A stretch of 64,000 bases of DNA from a virus. The translations under genes and the position numbers were made by a program. The stretch covers positions 12,702 to 76,701 of IMG/VR virus record IMGVR_UViG_3300025940_000007; one strand, written 5' to 3'. The notes beneath the pieces are model-generated. The model did no database searches and was not told the DNA's origin. It saw only the letters and a program-made list of their open reading frames with translations. Positions 45,938-54,688 of the stretch are shown one piece after another. Position 1 is the first letter of the stretch; each line of letters opens with the position of its first letter.

Positions 45938-46351
45938 TCAATCTTCCAGCACGCGAACCATGTGCACATCCCACCGCCCGCTATAATCGGGATGAATGAA
46001 TGTGACCTCGTGCGTCTGGTTGCGATCAGGGAAGAACACGCGATCGCCCTTCTTCAAATCGCACTGCAGAATCGGCTCGTGCCGGATCGACAGCATCGTG
46101 TCCACCGTCGCTTGCCGCGTGATCATTGGCCCGCCCACGCCCTCGGTGGCGCCGCGCGTGGTATCGAAGATCCCCGTTGCGATCACCTCGACGCGGTCCG
46201 GATCAGGCACGCTCGCACGGTAGCCGCTCTTTTCCGTCCGCATCGGTTTCAGCACAACAGGTTCGCCGAACACGCTATCGACGCGGAAATCTACCGGCTT
46301 GCTGTCGTTGACGGTCGCCATGTTAGCCGTGCTCGATGGTTGCAGAGACAA
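45938..46351 (-). CDS. head-tail joining/closure protein
   Basis: VD.VFGE.V...P, KKGDRV, V..IHPD..GR; position. Confidence 0.65.
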   Translation of the reverse strand: MSLQPSSTANMATVNDSKPVDFRVDSVFGEPVVLKPMRTEKSGYRASVPDPDRVEVIATGIFDTTRGATEGVGGPMITRQATVDTMLSIRHEPILQCDLKKGDRVFFPDRNQTHEVTFIHPDYSGRWDVHMVRVLED

Positions 46352-46706
46352 TAGTCACTTGCTTGCCGACCAACAGCGCGTTGTCGTCCAGCACAATTTC
46401 GAAATCGTGGATCTGGTCCGGCGTGACATCGACGCCCACCGTCATCTCATCGATGATGACATTGCCCGCGCCGTCCGAGATGGTGGCGAGCGTGGCCATG
46501 CCCTCGATCGCGACGAAGCCGGTGACCGGCGCCGTCATCACCAGATCGTCGCCAACGAGGTAGAAGCTCGGCATCGGCAGCAACAGCGTGCACAGGATCA
46601 CGCGCTCGGCGTTGCGCAACTCGATCACGCCGGGCGAGCCGCCGCCATCGATGGCGTTGAGCGTCACCGTCATGCGCGCGCGTTTTACCGGGAGGGAATA
46701 TTCCAT
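46323..46706 (-). CDS. hypothetical virion protein
   Basis: 127 aa beta-rich ORF in the late operon. Confidence 0.6.
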   Translation of the reverse strand: MEYSLPVKRARMTVTLNAIDGGGSPGVIELRNAERVILCTLLLPMPSFYLVGDDLVMTAPVTGFVAIEGMATLATISDGAGNVIIDEMTVGVDVTPDQIHDFEIVLDDNALLVGKQVTIVSATIEHG

Positions 46707-47174
46707 TTATATCACCGCCACATGTGGGACGTTGCGCCTGCGAAACGAAAGATAGAGTTGCCCGTAGGGCGAGGAATTCCAGAAGTCCTCGGACGAGGAG
46801 GTGATGTGCTCGGTCTTGCTGGACTCGCCACCCGCCGCACCACTGACGCGATCATAGGTCACCGAACGATCGCGAAAGCGAACGCTCTTCACCCAGATCA
46901 ATCCAGCTTCGCTATCGATCACGGGCGGCGTGCCACCGCCGCTGCCGCCGCCGCCCGTGATCAATCCGCCGCTCGCCTTGTCATGCAGCCAGAGATAATG
47001 CGCGGCTGCATACATCACGGCGAGCTTTGCGTCAGGCCAAAACCACCAAACGTCCACCCACGTCATCGCCGTATCGATGGCCATTTGAACTTGGTCATCG
47101 CTGGCCGATGCGAATTCCGGAAACGCGGCCCGGAATTCGGCGATGGTGGGTGGCATGATCGTGGTGATCGCCAT
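46707..47174 (-). CDS. DUF4054-like head-tail adaptor
   Basis: FRAAFPEF, YAAAHYL, SVTYD, W.SSPYGQLY. Confidence 0.8.
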   Translation of the reverse strand: MAITTIMPPTIAEFRAAFPEFASASDDQVQMAIDTAMTWVDVWWFWPDAKLAVMYAAAHYLWLHDKASGGLITGGGGSGGGTPPVIDSEAGLIWVKSVRFRDRSVTYDRVSGAAGGESSKTEHITSSSEDFWNSSPYGQLYLSFRRRNVPHVAVI

Positions 47175-47175
47175 G

Positions 47176-47580
47176 TCAGCGCCCTCGGTGTGCGGTCCGT
47201 TCGTCGTCGTCGGCCTTCTTCGCCGTCGGCGCGGCGCCGCGCGTCTTCTCTTCACGCTCGCGCCGCTCCTTCTCCGTCATCGGCGTCACCGTGGGCGCCG
47301 CAACCGCTTCACCTGATGGCGTCGGAGGCTCGGTCGATTGCGCGGGCATCTCGACATCGTCCTCGCCCTTCTTCTTCTTCTCGGCCTTGACGCCGCCGTG
47401 ACTGCCCGAAACCTCGAACGGCTTCGGATCGTCGTGGTTCTCCAAGGTCTGCTGCAGATGTTTGAAGTCTGCCTCAGACATGTTGAACTCTTTTTCCTCG
47501 CCGGGACGGACAACCACGTGGCCGCCGTCCTCGGTGTTAAAGCCGCGCGGCTGGCCGCCGGTATTCTTGATCTTCGCCAT
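47176..47580 (-). CDS. hypothetical protein
   Basis: AAGGAG RBS. Confidence 0.6.
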   Translation of the reverse strand: MAKIKNTGGQPRGFNTEDGGHVVVRPGEEKEFNMSEADFKHLQQTLENHDDPKPFEVSGSHGGVKAEKKKKGEDDVEMPAQSTEPPTPSGEAVAAPTVTPMTEKERREREEKTRGAAPTAKKADDDERTAHRGR

Positions 47581-48039
47581 TTACGTTCTCCTTGATGTGC
47601 CATGAATGATTTTATCGAGACAGTTTTCGCGATGGGTCTTCCATTCCAGATGCTTCGGGCTGATGCAGCCGAGATGACCTTTCCCGCAACTATGAGCCGC
47701 CTCATGCTTTCGCGTTGGTGGCTTGCCGTGCACTCGTAGACAGATAACACGGTTTACACGGGCTGGTACTTTTCTGCCGTCTCGTTTGACCGTTGCGATC
47801 CTCGCGTAACCTTTGTTGTCGCGCGAAAAAGGCCAGATCAAACAAGCGTTGCTTCGCCAACGAAGCGCCTTTTCCAGAAAGAAAGTTGGTTCGCCGTCCG
47901 ACGCGGTGACGTTCTCACGCAGCGGATCGCCAAACCGTTGCCACCTCTGGCGATGCACACTGCAATAGCCGTGCGCATCATGCTTCTTGCCGCACCCATC
48001 AACCGAACACGTGCGACCGTAGACGTAATCCCGAGCCAT
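47581..48039 (-). CDS. free-standing HNH homing endonuclease
   Basis: CSVDGC....A.GYCS.H..R..R.GDP; CLIW; AAHSC....CISPKHLEW.T..EN..D...HGT. Confidence 0.9.
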   Translation of the reverse strand: MARDYVYGRTCSVDGCGKKHDAHGYCSVHRQRWQRFGDPLRENVTASDGEPTFFLEKALRWRSNACLIWPFSRDNKGYARIATVKRDGRKVPARVNRVICLRVHGKPPTRKHEAAHSCGKGHLGCISPKHLEWKTHRENCLDKIIHGTSRRT

Positions 48040-48088
48040 GATTCGACCTCCATTGGAGGCCCATCATGACGGACATTCCGTCTAAATA

Positions 48089-49045
48089 CTACACGCCATC
48101 CAAGTATCTCATGGCTGCGGGGAGCCTAATCTCGACGCCGCCGAGACGGAAGATGCCGGGAATGTCGAACACCAGCGGCCCGCGTTGCCAGACAGGCAGG
48201 AAGCGGTGGCTCATCGGGATATGCATCTTCAACACCTCGGGATCACGGCGATAGGCCACCATGCGGCTGATGCCGCCGAGGCCAGCGGTCTCCAGCCCGC
48301 GCACGCCCGCGAGCGTGATCGGTCGTCCGGTCTGCACCGTGAGAACGTTGTACTGTTTGATCCAGTCGAGCAGCGTCATTGACGAATACTCAATGATGCG
48401 TCCGGCGAGACCGACCAGCACGGCTGGCGGCAACAGGATCGTGTCGGCGTAGTAGAGCCAATTCGTACCGGTCGCGATGCCTGTCATGGCCGAGTTGATA
48501 TCGCGGATGACTTGCTGGTTGGTCTTGCTGGCGAACGTGGTGGCGCCCGCAGCACCATCCGCAGGAGCGGTCGTCGCTGTCACCAGCGATGAGTTGATCA
48601 GCCCCTGCATGTTCTTGGGCACCGAGCCGCGCAGGGCAAGGTTGTCCACGAACTCTTCGTAGGCACGACGGCAAGCCGCTGCTTTGTCTGCAGTAAGGTT
48701 GAGGCCGGGCGTGTTCATCGCGTTGGCGACTTCTTCGAGGGTGTATCGATAACCGATCGCGGCCATCTCCATCCCACGTTCGAACTTCTCGCGGCTCAGT
48801 TCGGCCAGCGGCACATCAAGCGCCGTGTGGTGAAACCAGTCCGCGCGACCGACCATATCGGCGCTGTAGTAGGTGATCGACTTCACCCACTCGTTGCCGG
48901 TTGCGGTATCGACCGGGACGAGGTCAGGGTACTGCACTTCCGGATATTGAATCCGGATCACCTGACTCTCGATCGCCGTGGTCTGATTGACCACGAAGTT
49001 ATACGCGAGTTGCTGCGCGTCTCTCTGAAACATGTGGTAGTTCAT
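48089..49045 (-). CDS. major capsid protein (DUF2184 family)
   Basis: YPE.QY..LVPV, GYRYT.EE, RMVAYRRDP.VL..HIPM, GGVEIR.P.A.RY.DG. Confidence 0.9.
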   Translation of the reverse strand: MNYHMFQRDAQQLAYNFVVNQTTAIESQVIRIQYPEVQYPDLVPVDTATGNEWVKSITYYSADMVGRADWFHHTALDVPLAELSREKFERGMEMAAIGYRYTLEEVANAMNTPGLNLTADKAAACRRAYEEFVDNLALRGSVPKNMQGLINSSLVTATTAPADGAAGATTFASKTNQQVIRDINSAMTGIATGTNWLYYADTILLPPAVLVGLAGRIIEYSSMTLLDWIKQYNVLTVQTGRPITLAGVRGLETAGLGGISRMVAYRRDPEVLKMHIPMSHRFLPVWQRGPLVFDIPGIFRLGGVEIRLPAAMRYLDGV

Positions 49046-49102
49046 AGCTCCGTCCTCCTGACGGTGTGATTGAGATTTGCTGGAAAAAATCGAGACGCGT
49101 GC

Positions 49103-49678
49103 TTAGCGCTGGATGCCCAACTGCACGACGTTCAATTCGTTAGCGGGGCGAGCGTATTTCCACCGCGCGCCGGGCACCGGGCCGACCGCACCCGTGTTGG
49201 TCAGCACGCCATCCACCGCACCGAAATGCACGGGATCGCCTGCCAGTGTCGGCACGGTGGCCGTGGCGAAAATCTCGCCCTTGGTCAGCACGCCGACGTT
49301 GAAATACTGCGCGTATCCACCGTCGGGCACGCTGGAGCCGACCGGATAAACGCTGGTCGGGTCGAGGATCGTGATGCCGACAAAGCCCGCCACCGTTCCG
49401 CCGAGCAGGCAGTTGATGTCGGCAGCGGTGGATTGCGACACCGCACGCGCCGGAGCGATCGGCGCCGCGCCTTCGACCGAACGCGTCACCGCGTTGTAGT
49501 CCACCATCCGGTTGATCATTCCCGGGAAACCCTGACGCATCTGCTCGGGGAAGGTGGACTGCACTACGGCATAGGGCGAGACCTGTGCCAACTGTTGCGC
49601 GTTGCGCGCGACGAGCTCGCCTTTGTTCTTCGCGGGCTCCTCGTGCTTAACGTCGTCTCTCTGAGAAACTTCAGCCAT
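49103..49678 (-). CDS. capsid decoration/cement protein
   Basis: Between scaffold and MCP; G.PGM, FVGIT, VGVLT.G.I, GARW. Confidence 0.7.
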   Translation of the reverse strand: MAEVSQRDDVKHEEPAKNKGELVARNAQQLAQVSPYAVVQSTFPEQMRQGFPGMINRMVDYNAVTRSVEGAAPIAPARAVSQSTAADINCLLGGTVAGFVGITILDPTSVYPVGSSVPDGGYAQYFNVGVLTKGEIFATATVPTLAGDPVHFGAVDGVLTNTGAVGPVPGARWKYARPANELNVVQLGIQR

Positions 49679-49723
49679 TATCGTAACTCCTGTTGAAGAT
49701 GGATTGAGACGCTGGTGGTGCTC

Positions 49724-50917
49724 TTACTGAGCGACGCGACCGCCTGCGGTCTTCCAGCGGTTGGACAGATCGTTGTTGTAGTCGGTGTAGGCCTTCGCGC
49801 GCGGATCGCCGCTGAGCTCGTTGTTGGCGACGAGGCTGACGACGTGCTGCAGACCGTTGCCACCGGCGCCCGTATCGGAGACCGACAGCGTGTTGAACGA
49901 GGCGGTGATCATGTCCTCGGTCCAGTCCTTGGCGACTTCGCCGAGCTTGGCGAGAACGACTTGCTTGCGCATCTCTGCGTCGGTCTTGCCCTCGGTCACC
50001 AGCGTATCGCCGATGATCTTCTGCGCCCGCTGCACGGTGGCGACGCGTGCCGTCACCATCGCGTCGAGCTTCTGTGGCGTCATCTTCGCGTCGGCCAGTT
50101 GGCTCTTGAGCGTGGTGAGTTCGGCATCCTTGGTCTGCACCAGAGCCGTCGCGTTGGCGACTTCGGTTGCAGCCTTGGCTGAGTCGTTCTGCGCGGTGGT
50201 CTGCGCAGCGGCGAGTGCGGTCTGTGCCGTGGCGAGATCCGTTGCGAACTTGGCGAGCGCGCGTTCGACAATTTGCGCGTCGCGGTCTTCGAGGGTAACC
50301 GGCAGGCTATCTACGGTGATGGTGCGGGTGGACATGGTGTCTCTCCTATCGTTGTCTCCCATACGAAGCTGAGGTCCACCACGTGCTGTATGGGTGATAG
50401 CGACGTGGTTGGCACGAATTCCAGTTTGCTTGGCTTGGTACTTTTCGCCGGTTGGCGTGACGCCATCGGCCCACTCGATCACAGCGGAGTAGCCGACCGA
50501 GAGCTCGGCCCTGCCGCTCTTCACTTCATCGACGGCCTTGGCGTCCATCAGGATCAGCGGCACGCGGATGAATTCACCGTCGCGCATCACGTCCTCGCCG
50601 ATGTGTCCGACCGCGAGATCGCGCCAGTTGCTGGCGGTAACCGGCACGTCAGGGTGCTCGATCGTCACCGGCTTGCCCGCCAGCGAGCGCACCGCGTCTT
50701 TCGCGAACACCTCGCCCTCGGGACGATAGACCCGCACTCTCTCCAGATCGGTGCGGCCCATCTCGGCGCCGAGATATTCCTGAATCCCGGTGCGAGCGAT
50801 GCGCGGCATGCAGATCATGTAGCCGTCGCTGGTGACGCGCAGCTTGGTCTGCTTGTCTTCGAGCACGCCTGCATCCAGCACAGTGCGCTCCACGAATTGC
50901 GTGGTCTTCGTCTTCAT
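49724..50917 (-). CDS. DUF2213 head maturation/scaffold protein
   Basis: IARTGIQ.Y, VYRP..EVF, PVT..HP, ELSVGY, NHVAI...ARGG. Confidence 0.9.
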   Translation of the reverse strand: MKTKTTQFVERTVLDAGVLEDKQTKLRVTSDGYMICMPRIARTGIQEYLGAEMGRTDLERVRVYRPEGEVFAKDAVRSLAGKPVTIEHPDVPVTASNWRDLAVGHIGEDVMRDGEFIRVPLILMDAKAVDEVKSGRAELSVGYSAVIEWADGVTPTGEKYQAKQTGIRANHVAITHTARGGPQLRMGDNDRRDTMSTRTITVDSLPVTLEDRDAQIVERALAKFATDLATAQTALAAAQTTAQNDSAKAATEVANATALVQTKDAELTTLKSQLADAKMTPQKLDAMVTARVATVQRAQKIIGDTLVTEGKTDAEMRKQVVLAKLGEVAKDWTEDMITASFNTLSVSDTGAGGNGLQHVVSLVANNELSGDPRAKAYTDYNNDLSNRWKTAGGRVAQ

Positions 50918-50932
50918 GATGTCACCTGTGGG

Positions 50933-52189
50933 TTATTTCGGCGGCGTTGTGATCGGTGGCGGTGTCAGATGCGGCAACGGCGTGCGGCATTCCACCGTGG
51001 CGTTGATCAACTTTTCAATCAGTTCAAATTGTGCCTTGTCGCGCGCCGCAGTGTTGGCGGCTAGTTCGCCGATGACGTAGCCGCCGAAAATCAAAAACCC
51101 GGCGTTCAAAAACAGAAGAGCCAATGCCAGCGGTGCCGATCTCGCCGTGTCGTAGGTGTTGGTCGCCGCGCGCCTGAGTTCATCGACCATGTCGGCACCT
51201 ACTTGTTCAACACACGATCAATGATGCGCTTGATCTGGTCTTGATTGGCGTTGATCTTCTGTTCGAGCACCGCCAATCGCTCATCGATGCGCGTCATGCG
51301 TGCCACGGTGTACTCTGCTCCCCGAGTCTCCATGATGCTGACTCTGGTCTCTAGCTTCGTGAAGTAGGCGAGCATCGAAGCGCCGCCAGCGCCAATGGCG
51401 ATCAGTTGCGCCACCAGAAAATAGATCAGCGTTGAATTTTCTTTGAACCAGTTTGACGGTGGCGGCGGTTGCCGATGCGGCGGACCATATGGCGGCATCT
51501 GCGTTTGATCATCAAATCGCACGCGCGGTCCAGCATCGGACATCGGACCTACTCCGGAGGAGGAGGCGGCGTCACCTCCGGCGGAGGAGGCGTCGGCGCT
51601 GATCCCGGCAACAGCATCGCCTCTTGAGGAGGATTGTCGATATCTTCCTGCCGCCACTTCTCAAGGAGCGCATTCAGCGCAGTCAACAGCGTCTCGAACT
51701 TGATCTTCTTGCCATCGACGTCAACCTCCGCATCCTTGATGGGGCGGTTGATAATGGCACCGGGCACCACGCCATAGTCGCCAACCGCCACCTCGTGATA
51801 AACGATCACCAAATCGCCAGCGAACTCAAGGCGACTAAGGCGACGGTTTACTTCAATCGTCTCTTTCATTTCGCAATCCTCTCCTGATAGTGGCCGTTGG
51901 CACTGCCGCGCGCCGGGTCAGGCACTGGCGTGCGGCTTGGCGACGGTGGCGGAATATCCGGCGACGGTCCCGGGTGTCCCGGCTCCGGATTTTCTGGCCG
52001 CGCTGGATTCGGCAACGGCTTCTGCGGCTCGGGCTGCGGCGGAGGATTTGGATTCGGTTGCTCCTGCGGATGCTGTCCCTGCACCTCGATCATGCTGCGC
52101 AGCATGATGATCTGGATGTGCTGGTCGCCAATCAGTTGGCGAACCTCGCGCTCGATCTTCTGGGTTAGCTGGTCTGTCTTGTCCGTCAT
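50933..52189 (-). CDS. four small genes (50933-51190, 51199-51543, 51549-51869, 51866-52189), the first two with a transmembrane helix
   Basis: ORF track; hydrophobic stretches LALALLFLNAGFLIFGG and LIYFLVAQLIAIGAGG. Confidence 0.55.
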
Positions 52190-52190
52190 G

Positions 52191-54143
52191 TCAGATTCCC
52201 ATCATTGGCATGTTGAAGCCCGATGCGGGCAGTAGGTAGGTGAAGCAATTCGCCAGAGTCGCCGTACCGTAGCCGTTGGTCGCCGTGATGCTGACCACTC
52301 CCTTTGCATGCGGCGGCGTCTTGAAGGTGAGCGTGTTGGCATCGACTACGACGAGATTGGTTGCCGCAATGCCGCCGACCATCACGCTAGTAGTACCGGC
52401 AAGGTTAGCGCCGGTCATCGTGATATCCGTGCCGCCAAAGATCAGACCGATTGCCGGGACGGGTGAGGTGATCGCACTGAGCGATGGCGGCGTGACGAAG
52501 GTGTAGACTACGCCGCTGCCGCTGCCGTAGGCATTGGACACTATGACGGTGGCGGCACCAGCCGCGCCCGCAGGCGCGTAGCACTGCACGCCATTCGCAT
52601 TGATGTTCGAGATGCTAGTACCAGCCACGCCATTGAACGTGATCGATGTGACGCCGCTCATGTTCGCGCCGTAGATCGCGACATAGTTGCCGCCTGTTGT
52701 CGGTCCCGATGCCGGTGCGGCACTGCTGACCGATGGCGGCGTGACATAGGTGTAGAGACTTCCGCCGACGCCCGTCATGTACGGGCCGTAGACGTTGACG
52801 TTGTAGGTGCCCGCGCCGCCTGCGGATGTGTAGCCAACCACCGCGCCTTGATGCGGCACACTCATGCTCGTGATCGGTGCGCCGCCGATATTAGCGCTGG
52901 ATATGCCGACGAAACCGCTGCCGCCAATCGTGACATACTGACCGCCGGTGGTTGGTCCACTGCTTGGCGTTACCGACGAGACAACGATGGTAGCTGTTGG
53001 CTCATACGCATAAACGAGAAGACCGCCGCCACCAGCACCACCGATGGCCCTTGAGCCAGCATTTCCTCCCGGCCCGGCTACTCCACCGCCACCACCTCCG
53101 TAATGTCCACCGGGACCGCCGTACATTCGCCCGTTAACTGTACTGCTCAATGGGCGAGCGCCACCGCCACCGCCACCCGGCCCCCAAGGTCCATACCAGT
53201 TTCCATTTGCACCAGCGGCACCACCGGCACCACCACCACCTATCTGGTTGCCATTGCCATTGCCGCCAGCCGTTTGAGCATACTGCGCCCCGCCACCGTC
53301 TCCACCTTGCGATCCGTTGCCGTTAGGACCACACCCGCCGCCGCCACCACCGCCACCGCTGTAAGGATAGTTCGCAGAAGTGCCGCCACGTCCTCCGGTG
53401 TAACCTATCGCACCCGCAACACCGCCACCGCCAGCACCACCTGTTGTCTGACCGTTTGCATAGTTGCCGCCGCCACCGCCCGTGCAATACAGAACGCCTG
53501 ACGATATGAACCAAGTGCCAGCCGCTCCAGCGCCAACACCAGACGTGCCATTGTAGGCGTCAACGTCAGCACCCGCAGCGCCAGCGCTGATGACATAAGT
53601 GTATGCTTGGCCGGGAGACATTGCGTAACTATAGATGCGCGCCCATCCACCACCGCCGCCACCCGCCGCGCTAGCGCCAGAGCAGCCAGCGCCACCGCCG
53701 CCGCCGGGACCAATCACATCGCAAAATTCACCAGCACGGCTTCTGAATCCATAGCAGTCACCGGGCACGGTCCAGTTCGCGGTGCTTGGCCCGATGGCGC
53801 CAAGTGAAACCAGATTGTAGAAGATGCCTTCTTCGTAGAGCCACGTTGGATCGATCCCGCCCTCCGACCACGGCATCTTCTGCGGTAGTCTCTGGATGTA
53901 GCGATCCTGCCGGATGTTGGCGGTGACAACGCTGTACATAAATTCGTCAGCATCTTCACGGTCCTCAAACCATCCCTTCCATACCATCTCGCCATTGCTG
54001 CGAAACGCTTGAACGATGAAGTAGACGCCAAGGACGTTGCCGGTTTCGCGGCCTTCCCACCATATCGGTGGCCGCCACTGCTTGTAGTGCAGCGGCGTCA
54101 GATATTTGGCGCGCGCGATGTTTCGGTCAGGCAGTATGATCAT
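52191..54143 (-). CDS. glycine-rich virion protein with three IPT/TIG (Ig-like) domains
   Basis: Poly-Gly tracts, then 3 x (SV.P.SGPT.GG..V.I.G). Confidence 0.8.
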   Translation of the reverse strand: MIILPDRNIARAKYLTPLHYKQWRPPIWWEGRETGNVLGVYFIVQAFRSNGEMVWKGWFEDREDADEFMYSVVTANIRQDRYIQRLPQKMPWSEGGIDPTWLYEEGIFYNLVSLGAIGPSTANWTVPGDCYGFRSRAGEFCDVIGPGGGGGAGCSGASAAGGGGGGWARIYSYAMSPGQAYTYVISAGAAGADVDAYNGTSGVGAGAAGTWFISSGVLYCTGGGGGNYANGQTTGGAGGGGVAGAIGYTGGRGGTSANYPYSGGGGGGGGCGPNGNGSQGGDGGGAQYAQTAGGNGNGNQIGGGGAGGAAGANGNWYGPWGPGGGGGGARPLSSTVNGRMYGGPGGHYGGGGGGVAGPGGNAGSRAIGGAGGGGLLVYAYEPTATIVVSSVTPSSGPTTGGQYVTIGGSGFVGISSANIGGAPITSMSVPHQGAVVGYTSAGGAGTYNVNVYGPYMTGVGGSLYTYVTPPSVSSAAPASGPTTGGNYVAIYGANMSGVTSITFNGVAGTSISNINANGVQCYAPAGAAGAATVIVSNAYGSGSGVVYTFVTPPSLSAITSPVPAIGLIFGGTDITMTGANLAGTTSVMVGGIAATNLVVVDANTLTFKTPPHAKGVVSITATNGYGTATLANCFTYLLPASGFNMPMMGI

Positions 54144-54688
54144 TGCAGCGCCTTAACTACATAAGTTGATATTGCATTGATACGGCGGAACGAGATGATG
54201 AAGCGATCTCCGTTCGCCGTCGTCAGTAAGTCTCCTGTGTTGGTGCCGATCGTGAAGCCGGAAAATGTAATCGCACCAGCGGTCCCGCTGTTGGTCACCA
54301 TGAGATCAATCGCGCAATCACTGGTCGCCGAGTTGATGGTGAAGGCTCCGTTGTTGGCGATGTACTGATAATTCCCGAGCAGCGCATTGATGGTGATGTT
54401 GCCTGCCGCCAGCGGCGCCGGAGCAAATAAGAAGCCGCCCGTGAGTGTCTGTCCGCCCGCCACCGCGAGCCGTGTGCTGTCGGTCGGGTGAACGTGGTCC
54501 TCGCGCGAATAGGCGTCCGAGATGCCGCCATCAGCGGCGCCATTCATCAGCGGAAGGGAATTGCTCGGCGATGAGTTGAGCCTGACCGTCCATTTTTCGC
54601 CGTCCCATGTATAGGTCGAGATTCCATCGACCGGTGGCGATGGATAGGTCTGGCCGATGCTCGGCGCGTCTGGAAAATTCAAACTCAT
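54140..54688 (-). CDS. tail fibre-associated protein
   Basis: MSLNFPDAP.IGQ...WDGEKW N-terminus, YSREDHVHPTD motif. Confidence 0.75.
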   Translation of the reverse strand: MSLNFPDAPSIGQTYPSPPVDGISTYTWDGEKWTVRLNSSPSNSLPLMNGAADGGISDAYSREDHVHPTDSTRLAVAGGQTLTGGFLFAPAPLAAGNITINALLGNYQYIANNGAFTINSATSDCAIDLMVTNSGTAGAITFSGFTIGTNTGDLLTTANGDRFIISFRRINAISTYVVKALQ

